From the NCBI GenBank assembly GCA_001600815.1, contig BCKZ01000009.1:460194-524193 (forward strand): 64,000 nt of DNA. The letters run 5' to 3'. Position numbers and translations under genes: made by a program. Positions 1-10,908 of the stretch are shown here, in pieces (the stretch's first letter is position 1; every line of letters starts with the position of its first letter). The notes under the pieces are model-generated. The model saw only the letters and a list, made by a program, of their open reading frames with translations. It had not been told where the DNA came from and did not search any database. The stretch comes from Alloascoidea hylecoeti. Taxonomy: Eukaryota.

Positions 1-236
1 TTTCCATTTTAATTTTTTTTTCGCAATTGGGTATTCCTTGCATTTGGTATAGATAAATAGTTGATTTAATAAAAACGTTTCCTGTCATTTATTTTTTAAT
101 AGCTCATATATCCATGAGTCTAATTACATCACATAAATTAAGTAATATGGTATATCTATAATTATAAGTGTAGCAATTACAAAATAAACATTATTTAGCA
201 TGATCTATCCGTTGAATATAAACTAAAGCCAAGATA

Positions 237-3200
237 TTAGCCACTCCATCGATTGTTTTTAACCCAATCTACCAATTCTTCTTCTGCCGTTTCCATCTTG
301 GCGTGAAGTTGACTGACATATTTCCCAAAATTTTCAACTTTCTTATCGTGTTCTTCAACCAACGCTTGAATCTTATTCTCAAGGTCTTGCCTCATCTCAT
401 CTGATCTCTTTTGAATTACACCCTCTACAAATTTCATTCTTTTAATTAAACTAAAAGAGATTGCATTAAGTCCTTGAAATACTTGATCATGAAATACATC
501 TGGCTTTGACAAATTAGCCGGATCTTGAACATAATCATAATTAAGAATGCACTCTTTCCGTTTACCCAGAACCGTTGATTCATTTACCAATGTTTGCTCG
601 TTGGTATCCACAGTTATTTTACTCTCATCTGTTTCATCCTTGTGACTTACTGTTGGTTTGCTTGGAGATTTTGTCGCTTGTAACTCATTTACGGCTTTTT
701 TCGATTTTAATACTGCTTTATTAGATTCAGAGGGTATTGATTTTAATAGCTCATTTTCAGATTGATTAGTTTGGGTCAATATTTTTAATGGAGAATCTGC
801 ACGTTCCAGAGAGATACCCGTTAAACCTTTTTCATTAGCGTTATTATCATTACTCGTAACTTTTTGATTAGCAAATTGAATTTTAGTAGAAGAAGAAACT
901 GAATCCCGGTTGATTAGATTACTGCTTTTAGGACTAGTTTTCCTTCCTTCATCAATAAAGATGCCTGATACAGGATTTGAATTATTGTTAACCTTTCTTC
1001 CGTTGGCCCTTAAGTTTGAGGGATGTTTCGCCCCCTCTTGAATGCTATTTGATATCTTTGTCTTCTCCATTTCAGAATTTCTTTTATTTATGATTACCTC
1101 CACCTTATCCGTTTTATTATCTTTAGTAGGAAGAACATTAGTGGCCACTCTAGTCGCTGCTCTTATGGAGGGGGATATTCTATATTCATCGGCAGAATCA
1201 GAGGGGACAAAACGTGAATCTTGCCTCTCATGGTTTATTTCTGAGGAGTCAAGTGCCTGTGTTGTCTGCACTTTTACCTGCTCTTTTGTAGGAAGAGATT
1301 TACCAATTATCTTAACAACGATGGGTGATATTTTCTTAGTTTGTGATGGCGCTATTGTATCAATTGTAGGTGTAAGTTTCTCCAATCCTTTTGATAAAGC
1401 ATGCAACGGTTTTCTTCTTGGACGACCACGCTTTTTTGGAAGATCTGACAATTTTGTATTTGTAGAGTTTGAAGTTTTACTAGTGCTTTCGATTTGTGAT
1501 CCAATTCGGGGAATTCCCCTTAGCTTCTTGCCTTTTGCTGGTTTACGTACTCTTTTAGGGGACTTAACGTTTGGTATGGATGCCACAGGATTATCTGATA
1601 TAGTAGGGTTTGTGTTCAAATTTGGTGAAGATGAATCATCAAATTCCCAAAAATCTATAGTTTCATTACTTGTATTAGTATTTCTACCTCCTTTAGAATC
1701 CACATTTTTATGATCCTTATGTATTGTAGTGTTTGAAGTTTTTGTTTTTCTAGATATTGTTTTTTTACCGTTATATTTTTTCCCAGAGTCTGCAAGATTG
1801 TTCTGCTTCTGTGTTGGAATCGACAGAATTGTAGTCAAACGCTTATAGGTATGAACTGCCTTTTTTTCATATGAATCTTCTTTCTGTTGTTGAACCATAG
1901 TATCTTTTGACACATTAATACTAGTATCCTTTTTCAAACTAATGCTATTTTTTTCTCCAATTTTTGTAAGATTTCTTGCAATATCCGCCAATTGTGAAAT
2001 TGACATATCCACTTTATGAGTTGCATTCGAAGTGGAGGTTGCTTTTGTGATTGTAGAGGTTGTATATGGTAATGACAGATCGGAAAATTCTGTCAACTCT
2101 GAATCCTGAGAGGGAGTAGATGTTCTGTTTAAGCCAATTATTGACATTGATTTACTAATCTTTTTTTTAGATGGTGGTGTTATAATAGAAGACAATCCCA
2201 ATTTAATCGCTTTTACTACCGTATTGGTATCTTCTGATTTCTTAAGTATTAATTGTAGTGTACTTTCTTTAAAGCCAGACTTTAACGTCCACATGGAAAA
2301 CCTGTGCTGATATTTTGATGGAGTTTTAGAAACATCCAACACTGTTTTGAATGTGATTTTGTCACCTTCACTTGCAATATTATTGATGGTATTAAGGCAG
2401 ACTTCAAGAGGTTGCAACCTTAAGGTCTCGGTTGGTATAGGGTACCAGATAACAAGACTTTCTGTTAATATTTGACAATAAAGGGTACTTTTGTTAAAGT
2501 CATGATCTAATATTCTAGCTCCTGATAATGGAATCAACGAATGTTGTGCTCTGAAAATAATTCATCAACTTAGTTTAGAATAAAATTTTAAGTAGTAAAA
2601 AGAATTGAACATACTTCAGTTTCATTTGCTCACGGAGAAAAATTGACTCGACCATTTTTAAATATTTTATACATTCTTTATCACCAGCTTTAGCCCCCGG
2701 GGGAAATAAGGTATATAAATCTTCACAGTAATCTGCTGGCCATAATTTTGCAACAAATGGTATCCCAGTAGTAAATTTTCTTGAAGGTAATAAAGTTCCA
2801 ACTAATTCAACAAGATAGTTTCGAGTTGAAAAATCCTGGCACTCATAAATAATTCGTCCTAATACAAAATTGATCTTCTTTCGAACAAGGCCCAGGCTTG
2901 CTATTTTCAAATCATCAAATTTTTGAACAAGAGAGGTGAGAAGATGACACGCCTATATACGCGTATAAAAATGGTAAGTTAATATTCAGTCTGGTTAGAG
3001 ATCGGTTAAATGATAATATATATGAAGATATATACTTTCCAGGAATCATTTGAATTGGTAGAAACAAGATTGAATAAAGGTTCAATTACTAAGGTATCGA
3101 CCGTAGCATTAGGCTCGTTGGTATCGATCATGTCCAGTACTTCCTTAAATATCTAGTTAGACTTCAAGATAATATCAACGCAAAAATTATGTTAATTGAG

Positions 3201-3682
3201 ATCAGTATACTAACAGCCATTATTAGCCAACTTCTTTTATTATTTTTTCCATAGTCCAAACACAACTTGAGTAAAAAGAAATAACATCGAGATTGTAATT
3301 TCCCAACTTGATGATCTAAGATATGCAGCATTTTATCCAGGTCTTCTTCAACAATAATTTTCTGAGATTCCTAAATAAATAAATGTTAGTGGTTCACAAC
3401 ATCAAGAAAGTTGTGGGGGGTACAGATGTGGGAAATATGATAACAAACATTTGTATATCCATTTCTTATGGTAATAGGGATGGTTAAAAAGTTATCCAGG
3501 AAGTCCCAGTCTTCATCATCAATTGATCTAATAGGTAGTGATTAGACACAGATTTAATTAAGTGGAATCTTTTCCACATACCCCTTCTCCAAAAATCCTT
3601 TGTTTTGTTCTAAAGCAACAAGAAGCTTGGCAAAGGTATTTGAGAACTTTGTGATCGCTGCGGTCCCTGTTAATCTTGCCAT
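237..3682 (-). CDS. Multi-exon gene, probable meiotic chromosome-axis core protein (Red1/Rec10/SYCP2-like)
   Basis: ATG at 3682 (MARLTGTAA...). About five short GT-AG introns (e.g. 3528-3581, 3371-3423) join ORF-track fragments 3554-3835, 2575-2910 and 237-2537. Architecture: helical N-terminus, beta-rich PH-like segment (LYCQILTESLVIWYP), long S/T/K-rich disordered middle, C-terminal coiled coil. Family call is inferred from architecture, not alignment. Confidence 0.55.
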
Positions 3683-3942
3683 TTTCAGACAGAGTCCTGT
3701 CCTAATTAAATCGGAAAATGTGGCTGTGAAACTTTTGGATTTCGAATAAACCGTGAAGAAGATGAGTGAGGAGGTTTGAATGGAACTAACATAGCACGTG
3801 TAAAATTGATCAATATTGGGAAGGTGCATATGCATTCATGCAGCATGAATTTTAGAAATCCTCGAGATATTATAATTAATTATGAAGCTCCTTAAATTTG
3901 CAAGGCACCAATATGAATATCTCTTACAACTATTACTTTCGA

Positions 3943-6741
3943 ATGTCAGAGCCCCCTAATCCAAATTTTAAGCCCACTCCCGAGGAAGTTCACGAACACC
4001 CAAAGGGAAATCAACTACCTCTTCCAGGCTTCCCTAAAGGCAAGCGTTCATCTTTTGATAGTGTACGAGAGGTTAACGATATAGTGGAAATCGGAGAAGA
4101 TGACGATGATGATGTTCAGATTATTGCTGTTCGAAACGTTTCCAAATATCCTTCAAATGGGTTTAACCCTTTAACTAGAACTCAAAATAAAGCTATGCCA
4201 TCCTCTTCAAAGTTGAGCTCAAATGTTCGGACAGTTAATATCCATGACAGTGATAGTGAAAGTGAGAATGAAGATGAACCTGGTCTTGTTTCCAAGGCCA
4301 GCAAATCAAACGATGTAGCAAAAAAGGGAGAATCAACTGAATCAATGGATTATATTAAGGTTGAAAATATCGACCCAAACGTTTCGTCTAGTGATAGTTT
4401 ACATTTAGTCTCTAATATTTCAAGAATCCCTACGGCTTCATGTTCAGCCAGTTCTTTTAGCCTTAACTCAGGAGATTCCAAGTCAACCAACGAAAATATT
4501 CAATATTACAGCCAGAATATAAACTATAATCAACACCCTGCTTCTGCAGGTGGTAGTTTTATTGACGTGAAAAGTGAAGATACTAGTAACAACTCCGTGT
4601 CCCAAGCATATGATGAAGAATGTTCCCGTGAACTTTCCAACCCCAAGTCCTTTAATTCTCAAATAAATAACACTAGTCAAACTGAATTCTCAATGAATGT
4701 TAGTAAGTTAGAGGAGACTGAAGCTTCACTTAAAGGTTTAAAAGAAAGCTTTAGTAAGGTTGCGCCTTCACCTTCCGATGAAGATGAAAAGGTTGTCTAT
4801 GAAATAGACAAGCCTAATCAAAAAATCCAAGGAGAATTATATTCTATTAATAATGTTAATGAAAACGCTGAGAACATTGAGAGAATCAATATCGAAAAAG
4901 ATGAGATAATTGAAAAGGAAAATAACGAAGAAACTCACCAGGAGGAGCTAGAGAAAGAAATAGGGAAAGTTGAGAACGATGAGAAGGACGAGAAAGGTGA
5001 GAGAGACGAGAAAGATGAAAAAGATGAAAAAGATGAAAAAGATGAGAAAGAGGATGTAGAGAGAGTTGAGAAGGAAGCTGGGAAGGTTGAGAAAGATGGG
5101 GGTGAGGAAGATGAGAAAGAGGAATCGGAGAAAGATAAGAAAGATGAGGTTGAAAAAGATGAAAAAGATGAAAAAGAAATTGACAATGAAATTAAGACAG
5201 GGGATCCAGAGAATGAAACCGAGAAATCAGAGATCAAAACTGAAAAAGAAACTGAGAATGGTGAAGGTGAGGGCGAGGATGAGGATGAATCTGATGCCGA
5301 TAGTATGTGTGCCACATTGGGTAGTGTTGAAGATGACGAAGATAACGAAGATAAAGAAGATGGTAAAGCTACAGATAAGACTGAAAAAGATTCATCAGGA
5401 GAAAATGGAGAAGGAAATAAAGAAGATAAAGAGACTAAAGAAGATAAAGAAACTAAAGAAACTTGGTATTACTCACCTGAAACATTCAAACCGGCGGCTA
5501 TTCCGTCAGAGCCTTTAATAATGAAGGCAAGAAACAGAGAAATAGAGGCCAAGAATAAAATGGAAGAGCACAATAAGGTAACTACCTCTTCTGGTGAAAC
5601 ACCTGGCTGGTTTAATCGGTTCTTCTCGAAACCTATCATATACGAATCTCAACAAGATCCGGAAAAAATAAAATCACCTGTTCGTCCTACATCTCCAATT
5701 TTAAAAGGTTCACTTTTAGATGAGATTGACTCTCGGAAAGAGGCCCGTAAAAATGAATTGGCTGTACGTTCAAAGTATGATAGACCTCCTTTTAATGTTG
5801 AATCAAAAGAGGAGGACGAGAAACCGGAAGGTACAGATAAGAGCCAGAAAGTTAACGATGATAAACCGAATGTAGTCAAACTTCATTCGTCATCTTCATC
5901 AGACTCTTCCAATGGTAGTGATTATGTGCCTCTAGGTGTTATCTATCAGGCTAATAAAAAAAACAAAAATGAGCCGCAGCCACGTCTCCAACAAGAAACA
6001 CCCATAGAGGAGAATTTATCACAGCTAAATAGCAACAGAATGCAGGTTTCCATGGGCTATGATGGTGCCAGCAACAGAGGTCTGATTGGTAGAGTTCCTG
6101 GTGGGGGAATTAAAGAGGATAGTAATACCCTTACGGGTCAGATTAATACTAGGAAAAGGATGGTACAAACAAATAACAAATTAAAATTTGTCCAAGAAAT
6201 GCAATCTGGTGTCAATTCTAAGTCGAGATTTAACTATAGAGCATCGCAAATGTTACCTACAACTGCAACTCAAGTGAAAGAGAAAATTCTAACACATTCA
6301 GATAGTGATAACAATTCTGATTATGCTCGTTATGGACAGGCAAATGATGCGAACTCTAGATTTAATTATAAAAAGGCTAAACCTAAACCTGATATGCAAA
6401 ATACACAAAGAAACTTAGCCAGTCATTCAAATGGGACGTCTAATTACAATCGGTACAGCAGTCAATTGCAAGCTCAAATTCCACAAAACCAGCCCATTCA
6501 AGCTCCCAACCAGTTTCAATTTCAAGCAGGTAACGCCAATACTGTCTACTCTAATTATATCAATCCTCAATTTCAAACCAACAGTATGTATTACAACCCG
6601 GCTACTAATATGTATCAAGGCTATAGCTATTCTAATAATCAGGGATATTACAATAACATGGCTTATGGACAATATCCAAATTCTATGATGAATACTAATG
6701 GGAATGTGGGCTATAACGGGTATAATACCCTTCGTAATTAA
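3943..6741 (+). CDS. Orphan intrinsically disordered protein with an acidic D/E/K tract and Q/N/Y-rich C-terminus
   Basis: Intronless ORF of about 930 codons, likely start MSEPPNP at 3943. No folded domain recognised. Confidence 0.75.
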   Translation: MSEPPNPNFKPTPEEVHEHPKGNQLPLPGFPKGKRSSFDSVREVNDIVEIGEDDDDDVQIIAVRNVSKYPSNGFNPLTRTQNKAMPSSSKLSSNVRTVNIHDSDSESENEDEPGLVSKASKSNDVAKKGESTESMDYIKVENIDPNVSSSDSLHLVSNISRIPTASCSASSFSLNSGDSKSTNENIQYYSQNINYNQHPASAGGSFIDVKSEDTSNNSVSQAYDEECSRELSNPKSFNSQINNTSQTEFSMNVSKLEETEASLKGLKESFSKVAPSPSDEDEKVVYEIDKPNQKIQGELYSINNVNENAENIERINIEKDEIIEKENNEETHQEELEKEIGKVENDEKDEKGERDEKDEKDEKDEKDEKEDVERVEKEAGKVEKDGGEEDEKEESEKDKKDEVEKDEKDEKEIDNEIKTGDPENETEKSEIKTEKETENGEGEGEDEDESDADSMCATLGSVEDDEDNEDKEDGKATDKTEKDSSGENGEGNKEDKETKEDKETKETWYYSPETFKPAAIPSEPLIMKARNREIEAKNKMEEHNKVTTSSGETPGWFNRFFSKPIIYESQQDPEKIKSPVRPTSPILKGSLLDEIDSRKEARKNELAVRSKYDRPPFNVESKEEDEKPEGTDKSQKVNDDKPNVVKLHSSSSSDSSNGSDYVPLGVIYQANKKNKNEPQPRLQQETPIEENLSQLNSNRMQVSMGYDGASNRGLIGRVPGGGIKEDSNTLTGQINTRKRMVQTNNKLKFVQEMQSGVNSKSRFNYRASQMLPTTATQVKEKILTHSDSDNNSDYARYGQANDANSRFNYKKAKPKPDMQNTQRNLASHSNGTSNYNRYSSQLQAQIPQNQPIQAPNQFQFQAGNANTVYSNYINPQFQTNSMYYNPATNMYQGYSYSNNQGYYNNMAYGQYPNSMMNTNGNVGYNGYNTLRN
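4975..5180 (+). repeat. In-frame 9-bp minisatellite (GATGAAAAA-like) encoding DEK repeats
   Basis: Tandem GATGAAAAA/GACGAGAAA units read directly; protein DEKDEKGERDEKDEKDEKDEKDEK. Confidence 0.9.
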
Positions 6742-7180
6742 TATCCGACTAACTTATATATATTGGTTCTTTTTATAATTAATAAAGCATATACATTTAT
6801 ATTTCTAGAAGAACTATGCATATCTCTAAATTTCATCTTTACAAATTTATAATTAGTTAACATAATACAGTTAAATTAGTAATTACATTGCCGATTATTT
6901 AGTCTGGAATTTGGCCTAAATTAAGTAGAAATATAAGCTGTAACGATTATATATATGATACCATATGCATATGAAACTCGTGCAACGGTAAATATAAAAT
7001 TTATTTCTTTATTAATAATATGTAATATTAATGAAATTAAGCTAATACTAATTGAAAGATAGCCTCCCATAACTTTATAAAGCCTAAAAGTTTACTGATC
7101 AACCCTTGCAAACTCTTTTATCTTAGACTCCGAATTACTTTAACTTCCCTCCCTCCTCTCCTTTGAAAATTTATTCGACA

Positions 7181-7651
7181 ATGAAGTTAAGTCTTACATC
7201 CTTCAAATTTGCACAGCTTCTATCCAAATTACTTTTTCTTTTTATCATTTCTTCTCCTCATGTGTTAGGTGCTGAGGTTACAACAACAGAAGAAACAACA
7301 GAAGAAACAACAGAAGAAGACACGACCAGTGCCACTACTACTTCAAATACACTAATTTGGGTTACTGGCACTGACGCCAACGGTGTTACACAGACTACTC
7401 AATCTATCTATTCTCAGTTCTTTTCTTCCATGTATTCAACGGTCGCTAGTCCAACGTCAGGTACCATTGGGCTTGGAACTATTTCGGGTTCTGTCGGAAC
7501 TATACGCACTTATTCAGTCACAAGTGTTGGAGCTGGAAATGGGCTCAAAAATTTAAATATCCTCTATAGTACACAGGGGATTGGCTCACTGACATCATAT
7601 GCGTTTGGCTTGATCGGCACTGGTGTGTTATCTGCTCTACTATTTGTTTAA
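7181..7651 (+). CDS. KRE1: Kre1-like GPI-anchored cell-wall protein (beta-1,6-glucan assembly / killer toxin receptor family)
   Basis: Signal peptide, T/E-rich stalk, KRE1-type motif ([22 protein letters not shown]...[21 protein letters not shown]), and hydrophobic C-terminal GPI signal ([17 protein letters not shown]). Confidence 0.85.
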   Translation: MKLSLTSFKFAQLLSKLLFLFIISSPHVLGAEVTTTEETTEETTEEDTTSATTTSNTLIWVTGTDANGVTQTTQSIYSQFFSSMYSTVASPTSGTIGLGTISGSVGTIRTYSVTSVGAGNGLKNLNILYSTQGIGSLTSYAFGLIGTGVLSALLFV

Positions 7652-8509
7652 AAAATAAATCAGTAATGCATAATTTTAACGTTTGATTAAGAAAAATAAT
7701 TAACTGTGCAGATTTCCGCTTTAGTTGGTTTCTCTGATCTTCTTTTCAATCTCAACTTTCATCTTTTTCTTTTTCTTTTTCTTGTATTCTTTTGCATCAT
7801 TTGCATCATTATCCTTCAAATTTTTATATGAAGTATATAGTAACGATCATATTAAAGGTTTAAATTTTTTTGCCTAACTAGCCAAACATTCAATATATTA
7901 AACTTTATTAATATATTTTCATTAATCTCAACAAAACACAAGCATATATTGCTGAAATTAGAAAATAAATATTAATTTAACTTTTACTCAAATCAAATTC
8001 ATCTGTTTAGCAAATTAATAGAATGTAACTCATAATTTTAGTTATGTGATTTGTCGACAAAACAACACTCTAACTTAAATCATCATGATTCTAAATGATT
8101 TATGAACAATCTTATTGTGAATTACACTTCAGCTTAAATGGTTTACGAAAACAATAAATGGTAATGTTTCAAAATACTAGACGCATAGAATGTTTTAGTG
8201 TGTTGAAACTATTTTAAATTGATGTCTAATTGATAAAATAGTACTATCATTTATTACGTTTCAGATCATGATATCATAATTTCGGAGTACATGTAGTCGA
8301 CATTGATTTATTATTCCCTGTATAACATGTCCATAATACACCAGAGTCCATACCATATACTATAGGTCTCCACGTACTAGTCTATTGTATTAACTATGCT
8401 TCTAAGTCCCCAAAGAATCACCGCACTATTGCCCTGTAAAATTATATCATGGGGTTATAATCAATTCAAAATACAAAATAGATTAATTATGTGTGACTCT
8501 GAATAATTA

Positions 8510-8752
8510 ATGTAGACGGCATACCTGTATCCCTCAAATTCGGACGAGCCTATTTCGGATTCTGGGTGGGCAGAAAAAAATTCACCCAGGCTGAACTTTC
8601 GGGGTGCCCGAGTTCATTTTTATGCGGGTACTCTAAAAACGGTAACTGTGCGAAATAAAATACTCGGCCAAATACTCGGCCACAGTAAAAATACCGTACG
8701 GGTTAATTTATCACCATCCCCGTCCAGATAGGCTCGTCCGAAGGATACACGT
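8510..8752. mobile_element. Small MITE, pogo/Fot1 (Tc1-mariner superfamily)-like
   Basis: Perfect 15-bp inverted repeat TTCGGACGAGCCTAT (8539-8553 / 8728-8742), extended by TGTATCC/GGATACA. Termini ATGT...ACGT flanked by TA on both sides (8508-8509, 8753-8754). No ORF. Confidence 0.65.
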
Positions 8753-8770
8753 TAATTATATTGTGCTTAG

Positions 8771-9854
8771 ATACCACAAAAATCGATCTGTTTCATCCAC
8801 GAATTACAAAACCAACAATAATGATAAATTATTATAAATACTATCACTAAAATCTACTTAATCTCATAATTCTTATAATATTTGCTCAATGTTTTCTATC
8901 TATTTTTTATGTGGTGTGACTATTTTTCTATAATTTAGCGCCCAGTATATCCATTAATAAAATTTTTGTTATGCCACTATTAGTAGAAAGCTGCCATATT
9001 GATATCATATGATGCCTCGATGATCAAAAAATAGTGTAGATGTTTTCTTGAGGCAGTGATAGTAATATACTGTGAGAATTGAGAAGATCCACAAATTCTG
9101 AAAAAGTTCACAAATCACTGCAACTCAAAAGTTCCATTTTTAAAACAACCACTAAATCACCACCAGAAATATAAGTTAGGACTATGAAGGATTCTAATAA
9201 TTAAAAATAATCATAAGAACAAGCTGATATTCTTATTTGCCGAATATAATATAAAATATAACATTTGAAGCTGTCGTATGTGAAAGTTTCCGACAGATTT
9301 GGTATCTTAAGATTGACTCTTTGTACTCACTTTCACGGTAAATTATTAAGACAAGGCTCCCACATCAAAAACTACCATCCATTCTCGAAGACAAAGAATT
9401 TGTTCTGTAACTTTAATTTTGGGGTAAAAATAGTTGTAGCGCTAATACAGAACCTTTTTGTGGGCCGGTTGATGATTGTAGGCGTGTAGAAAATATCCTT
9501 AAATTTCCAACAAAGAACGCAATTCCAAAATATTATTCCTTCTGGATTTTTTACGACTGAAAACTTTATGGCCTTTTGACCCTCAGAAGAGCTCGGACAA
9601 GTTTGGATGGTGTAAAACGAGGAGGAGGTAACGAGAAAAATACGTTTCAGGAGATTGGATCCACTGAGCTAAACACCCATAGTTTGTAGAAGTAATCTTA
9701 CACCCCAACAAAACATACAAAAATAAAATATTAACCAAATATTTTTAGAATTATGAGATTAAGTAGATTCTAATGATAATATATATAATATTTATAATAA
9801 GGTATATTTGTTGCTGGTTTTGTAATTCGTGGTTGCAACATAACAATGTGGTGT
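8771..9854. mobile_element. Non-autonomous long-TIR element, family A copy 1
   Basis: Inverted arms of about 150 bp with perfect blocks CCACGAATTACAAAACCA (8797-8814 / 9815-9832) and AATCTACTTAATCTCATAATTCT (8851-8873 / 9747-9769). Interior is homologous to about 49.96-50.2 kb. Confidence 0.8.
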
Positions 9855-10908
9855 AGTATGCCGTCTATGGTTCGTGAATTGATGAATACCGATCTAATAG
9901 TTTCATTGATCAGGCGCTTAAATTTAGATCTTAAAGGGGGGTTCAGGCCATTTATTATGTCTCGTTTCTTCATCTATCCAAATTTTAATGTTACTGTTAC
10001 TAACCGTCTTCATTTGCAAAATTAGCTCATTGATTTCCAGACAAAAAAAAAAAAAAAACCACGTCAATTAATTCCTGAATAAATCGTAAACAAAATTCCA
10101 AATCTATAACTAAATAATTTCAGGAGTTATCGCTAAATAACATTTATCCAAATCGCCAATTTTTCTACGAAATCACTAAATCATTATAAAAAAAATTGCT
10201 AAATAGTTCATTATTGGATTGCTAATTATTTTAAGATGTCTTGACTAGATGGTTGGTTGTAAATAAAATTCCTATTACTATATAGAATAACCTAAGCAAA
10301 GTGTTATTTAATTTTGATAAACGTCGCAGATGAACTTCCAAACTCTTTGCAAATAAATTTAAAAAATATGGATGAAAAAACTGTAAACTTATAAAATTAA
10401 GTACTGAGCAAGAGAGAAACTCACTTTTTCCTTTCCAATACTAAACTGGAGGATACAACGAATGATTTGTGATCGATAGATCATTACTATTATTTCCATT
10501 AAAACCTGCGGATGATGGAATTTGTTTTCAGTGGGTGGAATAATTGGTCTATACTTAGTACTTAGATATAATATGTATCACAAAAGTTTGATAAGTATGT
10601 TTTGAATCACGATTACCAGGAAGTGAAATCAGCCCAACGTGGTAAGGCTTAGATAGTGGGTGGTAGTGGGTGTATAACACTGCATATCCACTTTATTAGA
10701 AAAGTGATTACTATAAATATTTATGGTTATTAGGTTTCTTGTAACGTGGCCGATAGATCTAGATAGTATGCATAAGGCAAAATGTTAACTTTATTAGCAA
10801 CCCCGTGACATGCTGTTTTTTGTTTCTTAGCAATTGTATAATATTATTCTATTCCTGTTTTCGTTAATAATCTACACAATAAATTAAAACAAATTTACTA
10901 ACTTCATT

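Noticed and set aside
1042..1713. 223-aa plus-strand ORF
   Set aside because: Antisense shadow of the S/T/K-rich exon on the minus strand; no independent features.
4935..5518. S/F-rich and K/M/R-rich ORFs
   Set aside because: Alternative-frame products of the DEK minisatellite.
8658..8681. AAATACTCGGCC x2 as a telomerase template or CRISPR-like repeat
   Set aside because: Only two abutting copies, no spacers, eukaryotic context; better explained as an internal duplication in the MITE.
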